Assembly (NCBI RefSeq): GCF_006345805.1
Contig: NW_021834761.1
Coordinates: 1-26,743, forward strand
Direction of reading: 5' to 3'
Source: Octopus sinensis
Lineage: Eukaryota
DNA length: 26,743 bases
Shown piece after piece: positions 1 through 8,707 of this stretch. The stretch's first letter is position 1. Every line of letters begins with the position of its first letter. The position numbers and the translations under genes are program-made. The notes under the pieces were generated by a model that had not been told where the DNA came from, did no database searches, and saw only the letters and a program-made list of their open reading frames with translations.

Positions 1-479
1 CTGATGTGATTTTCAGCTAGTATGCTGAAGTGTGCATAAGTGAAATTAGCTATACATACGTGAAATTATCTATCAGATGTTTCCTGAGCATAATATCGTA
101 CGTAGATTTTTTAACTATTTTCTCTAAACACAAGTTTTAATTAACCTATATATTTTCAAAGAATAGTTAATATGTTCTCCGTGAGTTGTTGGCGCATTTG
201 CAATTGAAAGGCGCCTTAGCCTTGCAATGCTGTGGGCTACTATTTGGAGAATTGATTTCTTTTGAAGACAGTATTGTGTGTGACAGATCAAGTGTGGTGG
301 AGTACAACATTATTGTTCTGCGTCTATTAAAAACATATTTGCTCTTTTAGGAGAAAACCGGTGACAAAATTGCAGCTTAAACGGTTCACGTGAATTCTTC
401 GGAGTTCGTAGTCAACAATAGCGTTTAATATGTTTTATAAAATCAATAACGTAAGATGAAGTTTACACACACACACACA

Positions 480-482
<3 letters not shown>

Positions 483-551
<69 letters not shown>

Positions 552-590
552 ATATATATAGATATATATACATATATATATATATACATA
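483..590. repeat. (TA)n microsatellite
   Basis: Interrupted TA run. Confidence 0.95.
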
Positions 591-734
591 TATCTATAAA
601 ATAATATGTTACAATTACTCAATAGTCAAGATAATCCAACCGAAGAGATGGTGTTGTGGATTTCCACTTCGGCATCTGAAACTCAGAGTTTTATCTTGAA
701 TATTGGGTAATTGTAACATATTATTTTATAGATA
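591..734 (+). repeat. 44-bp inverted repeat enclosing a hammerhead-like core (family F); a partly deleted second copy lies at ~1210-1365
   Basis: Arms 591-634 and 691-734 (2 mismatches). The loop contains CCGAAGA-gatg...catc-t-GAAAC tcaga GTT. Segment 669-795 aligns directly with ~1240-1365. Confidence 0.6.
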
Positions 735-805
735 AAGTTCCTCTGTTTACATAATATTGAGGTCTCTTTCTTTCTTTTGTTATCTTACCGTTTCAAATAA
801 TATTA

Positions 806-858
<53 letters not shown>

Positions 859-864
<6 letters not shown>

Positions 865-1089
865 TATATTAAATTAGAGACAAAACCACTATTAGGCAAA
901 TCAAACAATGAAAGACTTAAGCAATACATATGATTAATTTATATTATTTAAATATGTAACAATATTAAAAAATATTTATATTTTTAATAATTGTTACATA
1001 TTTAAATATAAAATTAATCATATGTATTGGCTTAAGTCTTTCATTGTTTGATTGCCTAATAGTGGTTGTCTCTAATTTAATATAATATA
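859..1089. repeat. ~230-bp near-perfect AT-rich palindrome (fold-back)
   Basis: tatattatattaaattagagacaaaaccactattaggcaaatc...ttaaaaa mirrors tttttaataattg...gcctaatagtggttgtctctaatttaatataatata, with a few small indels and a short loop near 972-980. Confidence 0.85.
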
Positions 1090-1161
1090 ATATTTTACTA
1101 TAAAATTGGATTCAATCCTAAATCTGATTTTTCCTGATAAGTTTGGATTTATTCCCTAATA

Positions 1162-1199
<38 letters not shown>

Positions 1200-1737
1200 A
1201 TATGCAAATATATGTGACAATTTAATTATTCGGTTGCCATGACATCCGAAACTCGGAGTTTTATCATGTCTACCAAATAATTGTCACATATTACATTTAC
1301 AGATAAATTCCTCTATTTACATAATATCGAGGTCTCTTTCATTCTCTTGTCGTCTTGCCATTTCTATCAATATATATATATATATGTGTGTGTGTGTATG
1401 TGTGTATACATGTGTGTGTTGTGCGTATGTGTGTGTGTGTGTGTGTGTGTATAAGAACCAAGTTCAAAATAATGGTCAATACATATAATTCCTTCAATAG
1501 AGTAAATTTAGTTTACAGTTGTTTCCAGTCCTCATTATAAGTACAGTACTAATAGGTTTACTCAAGTAAGCCTATCAGTAATGGACCTATAATGACTGCT
1601 CGAAGCAGCTGGAAGCTAAGTTTGCACTCTTAAAGGAACTATGAGTAATGACGCTCATGTCTCTTTGAAACATTTAGAAATTTAATATTTCTGATTACGG
1701 TGATCAGTGAATAGATTTCCCTGTAAATATATATATC

Positions 1738-1960
1738 TCTTTACAAGGGGCTAAACACAGAGGGGACAAACAAGGACAGGCAAACGGATTAAGTCGATTA
1801 CATCGACCACAGTGCGTAACTGGTACTTAATTTATCGACCCCGAAAGGATGAAAGGCAAAGTCGACCTCGGCGGGATTTGAACTCAGAACGTAAAGACAG
1901 ACGAAATACGGCTACGCATATCGCCCGGCATGCTAACGTTTCTGCCAACTCGCCGCCTTC
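1738..1960 (-). mobile_element. SINE family C (central gcctttcatcctttcggggtcgataaa..aagtacc domain, resembling the widely conserved Meta/MESC-type SINE domain)
   Basis: Reverse complement of the 8708-8931 unit; tRNA-like head ggcggcgagttggcagaaacgttagca. Confidence 0.85.
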
Positions 1961-2020
1961 ATAATATATATGTTTGTGAAGGCTGGACAGGCACCTCAGT
2001 CAGCGCAGATCTCACTATCC

Positions 2021-2062
2021 TGGGCTGATGACGGGTTAAGACCCAGAAACATGCAGTCCTCA
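2021..2062 (+). ncRNA. Type I hammerhead-ribozyme-like motif in a diverged family E copy (~2010-2215)
   Basis: tggg-CTGATGA-c gggt taag accc a-GAAAC atgca GTC-ctca. Downstream ccttcacaaa, gacaca/tgtgtc and aggaag/cttcct hairpins match family E. Confidence 0.6.
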
Positions 2063-2501
2063 TGTGTGAACCTTTTCTGGTGGGGGTGCTTGCCTCCCCT
2101 TCACAAACATAAGGACACAGGAAATGTGTCAAAACCGACAGGAAGCGTTCGAAGCTTCCTAAGGCTAAACAGCGGTGGTGTAATTCCCATACGGGACTGT
2201 CACGTTAGGTTGATAGTACACAACCACTCTATCGCCCCACCACAGCTCATGTCTCTTTGAGACATTTAGAAATTTAATATTTCTGATCAAGTTAAACTTG
2301 CTTCTTATATTACACTCTGGAAAACCAGTTTGTCTGGAGCCCACCCCCGGATTTACAATATAGAAATTTGATACAACATATCTAGGGATTCTATCAAAAG
2401 ATAACTTGGCGGTCTTCACTAATCTAAGTAATATTGTTGGCCTGGTTTGCCAACGGAGAGCTTATGAAGTATTTTTATCCCGGATTGATAATCGCTTGTT
2501 A

Positions 2502-2505
<4 letters not shown>

Positions 2506-2572
<67 letters not shown>

Positions 2573-2590
2573 ACACACACACATACACAC
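2506..2590. repeat. (CA)n microsatellite
   Basis: Long CA run. Confidence 0.95.
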
Positions 2591-2611
2591 AAATTATCAG
2601 ATAGTTCTCCA

Positions 2612-2774
2612 TAGGCGCAGGAGTGGCTGTGTAGTAAGTAGCTTGCTTACCAGCTACATGGTTCCGGGTTCAGTCCCACTGCGTGGAACCTCGTGCAAGT
2701 GTCTTCTACTATAGCCTCGGGCCGACCAAAGCCTTGTGAGTGGATTTGGTAGACGGAACTGAAAAAATCCCGTC

Positions 2775-2813
<39 letters not shown>

Positions 2814-2921
2814 TATATATATATATATGTGTGTGTGGTGTGTGTGTGTTTGTAACTCCACCTGCCTTTGTCTTTTGTTTATTTTCGTATACTTTCCCTT
2901 TTATATATATATGTATGTATG

Positions 2922-2959
<38 letters not shown>

Positions 2960-3233
2960 CTATATATAATATATATATATATAATATATATATAATATAT
3001 AATATATATATGTATATATATATATATATATATCTATATATATATATATATGTATGTGGTATGTGTTTGTATTCTGTGTTTGTGCTCCAACGTCGCTTGA
3101 CAACCGATGCTGGTGTGTCTACGTACCCGTAACTTAACGGTTCGGCAAAAGAGACCGATAGAATAAGTACTAGGCTTACAAAGAATAAGTCCTGGGGTCG
3201 ATTTGCTCGACTAAGGGGTGCGGTGTTCAGCAT
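2612..3233 (+). mobile_element. SINE family A (tRNA-derived head, CORE-like ccttgggcaagt segment, internal TA/TG microsatellite)
   Basis: taggcgcaggagtggctgtg head with A-box-like and B-box-like (ggttcagtccc) motifs; expanded internal microsatellite ~2776-3050; 3' body caaccgatgctggtgt...aagaataagtcc. Confidence 0.85.
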
Positions 3234-3292
3234 ATATGTATGTATATGTATATATATGTATATATATATATATATATATAAGTATATATGTA

Positions 3293-3342
<50 letters not shown>

Positions 3343-3470
3343 GTGTGTTAGTAATGTACATATATACACACATAAATATATTCGTACATACGTACGGTAC
3401 ATACATACAAACATACTTACATTTATACATACATACATACTTACATGCATACATACAGGCATATATTATT

Positions 3471-3494
<24 letters not shown>

Positions 3495-3508
<14 letters not shown>

Positions 3509-4113
3509 CTAAAACTCAACTTGTGTGTCTGTGTATCTGTGTGTGTGTCACTGTGTGTGTGTCTGTGTGTGTGTCACTGTGTGTGTGTCTGTATGTGTGT
3601 CACTGTGTGTGTGTCTGTGTGTGTGTCACTGTGTGTGTGTCTGTATGTGTGTGCGTCTGTGTGTTTAACTTCCCGGCACATCTCCTCTTAGCCAACAAAT
3701 AGTAGAACCACCAAAAATGGGTCACTTGAAGTTTAGGCGAATGAAAATTGAACTGCGCTTTTTCTGTTCCGAAATTCATCTCGCAAGTGCAAAAATCGAT
3801 AATGTGTTTGTTTAGGCCTTATCCCATGCATTGAACAGTGAACTTTACTCAGTCAGCTGTTTGACGTGAACTGTGTTCACCACGTGTGCAAGCATGCGTA
3901 AATTGCATGAAAAATAAAAAAATCAAGATATAAAAATGAATCGCTGTAAACATTGTAGAAATTCGGCAAAGAAATGAATTTTCGGGATGTAGCCTGGAGG
4001 GTTTTTTTCGTATTAATCGTTTGGACTTTGTAAACACATACCAATTGTTTTCATAACATTTTTAACGCTTTGAATTAAATGTGACCATTTTGCAAAGCCG
4101 GGCAATACTGCTA

Positions 4114-4114
<1 letters not shown>
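3495..4114 (+). mobile_element. Helitron-type element related to 19788-20190, containing a 26-bp minisatellite
   Basis: 5' tatatat..aaaactcaacttgtgtg resembles the 19788 start; 3' end ccgggcaatactgCTAG|T is nearly identical to 20174-20191; 5' boundary approximate. Confidence 0.6.
3536..3650. repeat. 26-bp minisatellite (~4.5 units)
   Basis: cactg recurs at 3549, 3575, 3601 and 3627. Confidence 0.85.
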
Positions 4115-4151
<37 letters not shown>

Positions 4152-4341
4152 GTGTGTGTGTGCGCACCCAAATCTCGTTTCTCTCAAGCGATCTCTATAC
4201 ATTTATCTACCTAGCCATCTATATCATCTGTGCATCCATTACATATCCATCAATTTCTATCTCTCTTACCTGTCTGACTTTTTATCAATCACTTTGACTA
4301 CATATCTAACTCACAATATCTCGGGAATTTTTTTCCATCAG

Positions 4342-4654
4342 ATCTGTCTACAACCAAAATGCAGCTTGCTGTGAAATCACTACTTATCGCAGCGAACTTT
4401 TAAGTGCTACTACAAAGACTGGTCAGAATGTGACAATTTATAAAACTAGTGGCATAGTACAAAAAATTTACGTAAAGTATTGTAGCGCGGTATCTCGGGA
4501 TAAGGCCTGCAAACACACAAGAAGTGGCCTGACTTCCAAGTGTGTACAACTACGCCAGCAGCAACACGCTGTCGTACAGCTAAGTGGTGAGTCAAGGGTA
4601 TACTATGGTTTCATTAATGTTCCATCAGGCTGTGACTGCCAAGTAGTCAACTGA
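4342..4654 (+). CDS. Terminal coding exon of a Spaetzle/neurotrophin-like cystine-knot protein (paralog 1)
   Basis: Acceptor ttttttttccatcag ends at 4341; the exon reads A|TCT GTC TAC... (phase 2) = SVYNQNAACCEITTYRSELLSATTKTGQNVTIYKTSGIVQKIYVKYCSAVSRDKACKHTRSGLTSKCVQLRQQQHAVVQLSGESRVYYGFINVPSGCDCQVVN* (103 aa). It has 7 Cys with Q..C, CxQ and PSGCxC motifs typical of Spaetzle-type knots. AATAAA at 4707-4712. The ORF track shows only its 3' part (4430..4654). Confidence 0.85.
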
Positions 4655-4706
4655 ATTTTTATCGTTAACTGCAGTAATACCATTGTCGAACACGTTTGTA
4701 AACTAC

Positions 4707-4712
4707 AATAAA
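4707..4712 (+). promoter_or_regulatory. Putative polyadenylation signal of paralog 1
   Basis: AATAAA ~50 nt after the stop, in a context (caataaaatat...tttcg.tttatag) shared by all three paralogs. Confidence 0.6.
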
Positions 4713-4815
4713 ATATATCAAATTTCTGCCATTTCGTTTTATAGTGAATGTACTTGATTTATTGTCTGTTATGTATGAATTTAGTTATTTTACACTTTAT
4801 TTATTTATGTGACTG

Positions 4816-5204
4816 TGGAGGCGCAATGGCCCAGTGGTTAGGGCAGCGGACTCGTGGTCGTAGGATCGCGGTTTCGATTCCCAAACCGGGTGTTGTGAGT
4901 GTTTATTGAGCGAAAACACCTAAAGCTCCACGAGGCTCCGGCAGGGGATGGTGGTGATCCCTGCTGTACTCTTTCACCACAACTTTCTCTCACTCTTACT
5001 TCCTGTTTCTGTTGTACCTGTATTTCAAAGGGCTGGCCTTGTCACTCTCTGTGTCACGCTGAATATCCCTGAGAACTACGTTAAGGGTACACGTGTCTGT
5101 GGAGTGCTCAGCCACTTACACGTTAATTTCACGAGCAGGCTGTTCGGTTGATCGGATCAACCGGAACCCTCGTCGTCGCAACCGACGGAGTGCTTCCATT
5201 ATTA
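4816..5204 (+). mobile_element. SINE family B (tRNA-derived) with 15-bp TSD
   Basis: ggaggcgcaatggcccagtggttagggcagcggactcg head; TSD ttatttatgtgactg at 4801-4815 and 5205-5219. Confidence 0.9.
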
Positions 5205-5527
5205 TTATTTATGTGACTGCTTCGGCTATCAATGACTTCTAATTTTTCAAGTGTGTGTCTCTGCCAGCACATATTTCAGTGTGATATACACACACACACA
5301 CACACATGCGCGCGCGCCGTGCGTGCGCGAGCTCACACATTCACACACACAGGCGCACACAGAAACAAACAGACAAACATACATACACACACATACACAC
5401 AAACGCATACACACACACACAGGTTATCAAGTAAGATTATGACATTTACATTTTTTAACAAGATGGCTGAGATATTACATGAGTATGGATAATAACAACG
5501 AAGAAAGTAATAAGGTGTGCCCATAAT

Positions 5528-5667
5528 CCCTTACAGCTGTTTCGAGAATAGATGCGCAGATGAGGCGTTTCACTCAAAACAAATGATGACTAGCAATATA
5601 GCACTGATTTGTTCCATTATCTGTGGTAGAATGTTATATAACAACAATATATTCCATCGTCGGAGGG
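5528..5667 (-). repeat. Old repeat with hammerhead-like architecture and a ~99-nt stem II insert; further copies at ~10870-11020 (-) and ~16140-16275 (+)
   Basis: Minus strand reads tcct-CCGACGA-t ggaata...(99 nt)...tattct c-GAAAC AGCT GTA-aggg. The copy at 16154-16160 / 16258-16264 keeps a 7-bp agaatag/ctattct stem II. Confidence 0.45.
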
Positions 5668-5847
5668 AGAATGAGGGAGAGCCCTAGTAGACGACATTGG
5701 CTTGCAGCTAATCGGATGAATAGAAGATTTAAATAATAAGAGGCAGGTAGATATGCTAATTTCAAAAGTTGCTCTTCCCCTCTATATAGAGAGGGGAAAG
5801 TCAGTGTCACTATGGGAAAGGTGAGAGAATACTAATTGATCTTGCTA

Positions 5848-6097
5848 TTTGTTTGTTTGTTCCTTCTCGATCCATGCCTGGCTCATAAGGGCCGGTTTCC
5901 CGATTTCTTTGGCGTATAGGTTCTCCACCTGGACGGAGACACCGGTCCGTCGCAGGTGAGCTGCAAGATGCAGGAGGAAAGAGTGAGAGAAAGTTGTGGC
6001 GAAAGAGTCAGCAGAAGTTCGCCATTACCTTCTGCCGGAGCCGCGTGGAGCTTAGGTGTTTCGCTCATAAACACACACATTGCCCGGTCTGAGATTC
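5848..6097 (-). mobile_element. SINE family D, 5'-truncated
   Basis: Reverse complement of ~14568-14804; stops within the B-box region at the fold-back starting 6095. Confidence 0.8.
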
Positions 6098-6222
6098 ATC
6101 GGAGACGGTCTGAAAAAATGGTTTAGCAATAGTTATTCTAGTTAAGATATGAAATAGAGAGTGTTCATATCTTATCCAGAATAACTATTGCTTAGCCATT
6201 TTCTCACACCGTCTCCGATGAA
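6095..6222. repeat. 59-bp-arm hairpin with 10-nt loop
   Basis: Arms 6095-6153 and 6164-6222 pair with 5 mismatches and 1 G-U on the + strand. The right arm ends inside the hammerhead-like core at 6215-6221. Confidence 0.85.
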
Positions 6223-6258
6223 GGGATACATAAAATATCTCGGAAACAGCTGTAAGAC
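6211..6258 (+). ncRNA. Hammerhead-like motif with variant CCGATGA core (Penelope-type minimal architecture)
   Basis: gtct-CCGATGA-a gggata cataaaa tatctc g-GAAAC AGCT GTA-agac. Stems I and II pair and stem III is palindromic (ACAGCTGT). Core position 4 is C rather than the usual U. Confidence 0.5.
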
Positions 6259-7264
6259 CTATTTATAAATGCTCTGAAATCTTTACAGCCTTGGATTTTT
6301 AACTCACACTGTTAATTTTTTATATATACACATGCTAACGTCTGACCTACGTTGGACTCCTCATTCGCATAATCACCGAACCTGGAGCTTAACTATAGTC
6401 TGTCCATAGCACTTACTCAGTACTACCTGACACCCTTGGGTCTTCTTGTTATCATTACTACTCATATATATTCATATATATATATTATATATATATATAT
6501 TATATATATATATATATATGAATGTGCAATTTATAGGAAAGTTCCAGGGCTGAATGTTGCTTAAGTGTCCTAGGAAACAATGCTCACACTTGTGTGTGAT
6601 TTGATTCCGAGATAAGTAAGTCGTATTTAGGAGAAAATAAGAGAAGTCGAAAAAGAAGACTAACGCTAAAGTTGTTATTAAAACATTTATATCTTCATAT
6701 CTTCTACATATGTTCCGATGGATGCATTCAAAATACGTCCGAAAGGAACAATTATGGTAAGCTAAGCATCAATTTCATCACGAAAGATATAAACAACACG
6801 TTTACGACCATCTACGTATACGCATAAACACACTTTCACATACACCCACAAGAGCATACACATTTCAAAACATATATAGACTCAAACACATACTTACATA
6901 CACAGATACACATTTACTTAAGCACATTTAAACATTTGTTTACAAACATAGCATACATAAATACAGGAGCAAAACCAAATATATACGCATATACATATAT
7001 GGATAGCCAAATAGTGAGGGAAAGCTAAACATTTAAGTGTCGTTAGAGAAACATACTTCATATGGTGAGAAAAAAAGGTATAAAAAGATAAGGAGGGGGA
7101 AAGAGAAAAGAAGGTAAAAGGGAGGAGAGGAGAGAGTAACGAGCAAAATTGTATAGATCAAGGTAGGGAGAGAAAAAAGAAAGGAGGAATAAAGGTTATG
7201 GGAAATAAGATAGAAGAATAAAGAAAATATCATTCGCAGAAAATTATTAACAATGGGCAGATGC

Positions 7265-8690
7265 TATTTGAAAAAACTGAATGAATGGGTTTTTTTCTAG
7301 TGTATACACTTGTAAATTCTCTCCGTAAAACTGTTTACCAGTTTATGTTTGGAAAAGAGAATAAAAAGTTGTTCTTCCGTACAAAGAGAGCAAAAATATT
7401 TCCTTTATCATTAGGAAAAGATCTAGATAAAATTTTCCATTGTAAAGAAAAAATTCTGTTAGAGTCTTTAAGGGGCCAGATTAGTTTACTAAGTCCGGTG
7501 GATTTACGCTTTCGATTGTATTTGAAGGTAGAGAAATGGTTAGCCAGTCTGGATTTCAAAAATGTAGAGGATAAATCTAAATAAAATATTCCTTGTTACC
7601 AGATGTAACCTTCCATTGGTATACGGTATTTTTAATTCGACACACATTCCATTTGAGGCACACGATTTATTAGGGGCACAATTGAAAATGCTGGTTACAT
7701 TGATATTATCATTTAAGGAGAAATTATCGTTAATATTATTGTTAGTGTGAATACGGTTACTAGAATTATTATGAGAGAAATTGTAACCTCTTAGGATACG
7801 GCTGCTAAGTAAAGATGGAATTTGTGAGACGTTCTTGGTGTTTGAGAAATCAATTCTGATACAGTGTGTGTTGGAACTCGAGTAGCACCTTGATTTAATA
7901 GGGAAGTTTCTTTCTATATGTGAGGTATATTTGCCATCTCAATATGGCTAACCACTAAGGGTGGGTGTTACTGTAGCTTGTAGCCCCAGGAGAACATCTC
8001 CTCCAGCTGGCTATAGGCACACTTTTTGTGCCCTACCAGTATTTGCAAAGGGGTGAGGGGTCATCCTTCCCTCGTCAACCTAAGTGATACGCACGGACTG
8101 CAGTTACTAGGTATTGACCCTTCATCAGCGCACGACAATCACCGGTTTCCGATGAAAGGAGTTCCCAATGCAAATATTTATATCCTTTTTCCAGTAACTT
8201 TTCGTCACTGATCTTGAAAAAGTGTATACAAGCAATAATAAATCTCTGAACGAGGTATAAACAGTAACCCTTAGTGGTTAGCCGTATTGAGATGACAAAT
8301 ATACCTCACATTGTCGTGCAGTTACTGTTTGTACCTCGTTCAGAGATTTATTATTTCTTTCTATAGCTTGACGAAATAAGAAGGGAAGGTTACTTTTTAC
8401 TTCTTTATCGTATGGAATAATCAACGAAATATTTTTATTAGGGTTGTGCAATTGTGTGCGAGATTTATTATTAAAAAGCTTAGTGTTATTACTGTAGCTT
8501 AAAAAGGAATAGGAAGCATGGTTACTTCTCTTTGACTGTATATTTTTAGGATTACGAGGGTAAGAAGGATGGTTATTTTGATTAAATTGGGTATTATTTG
8601 GAATATTGACAGTGGTAGGCAGAAGATAAGCACTCGTGTTGTTATTTATTTCTACTGTTATTGTTATTAGTATTAGTATAGATGGAGCCA
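7265..8690 (-). mobile_element. Degenerate Penelope-like element C-terminal region (linker plus GIY-YIG endonuclease), split by the 7919-8353 insertion
   Basis: Minus-strand translation IIPYDKEVKSNLPFLFRQAIERN|FPIKSRCY..IRIDFSNTKN..NCAPNKSCASNGMC..NTVYQWKVT..KSRLANHFSTFKYNRKRKSTGLSKLIWPLKDSNRIFSLQWKIL matches Penelope-type motifs (PY..VK.N, CNC..CPL.G.C, VIYQ, R..NH..SF, LSK.IW.LK, WKIL); frameshifts and stops present. Confidence 0.7.
7919..8353 (-). mobile_element. Family E insertion with 12-bp TSD; degenerate hammerhead at 8090-8134 (-)
   Basis: Flanked by tttctttctata at 7907-7918 and 8354-8365. Unit 7920-8140 is homologous to 21964-22178. Minus strand reads cgtgcg-CTGATGA-agggtcaataccta-GTAAC TGCA GTC-cgtgcg. 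A 35-bp inverted repeat (8234-8268 / 8321-8355) lies at the element's 5' end. Confidence 0.7.
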
Positions 8691-8707
8691 AGGTGGTTAT
8701 AATATTT

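Larger units (their letters stand above)
1653..2287. repeat. 43-bp direct repeat pair (1653-1695 and 2245-2287) bracketing a SINE and a hammerhead element
   Basis: gctcatgtctctttga(a/g)acatttagaaatttaatatttctgat, one mismatch. Confidence 0.85.
4655..5700 (+). repeat. Downstream flank of paralog 1, duplicated at ~10117-11050
   Basis: The 3'UTR and ~1 kb of flank align once the SINEs are removed (e.g. gtgtgtctctgcca.cacatatttcagtg; aacaagatg.ctgagatatta). Confidence 0.8.

Noticed and set aside
351-420. Possible exon after the ttgctcttttag acceptor
   Set aside because: All three frames hit a stop within 14 codons and there is no homology support
2290-2500. Possible Penelope-derived coding relic on the minus strand
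   Set aside because: No unambiguous RT or GIY-YIG motif could be read in any frame
4816-4890. tRNA-like sequences at SINE heads (also 12371, 14509, 19306 and family A/C heads)
   Set aside because: They continue into SINE bodies with TSDs and lack a clean cloverleaf with a proper 3' end, so they are retroposon heads rather than tRNA genes
8149-8200. CCGATGA-aagga...tcctt as another complete hammerhead
   Set aside because: Stem II is plausible but GAAAC and stem III are missing; at most a decayed relic
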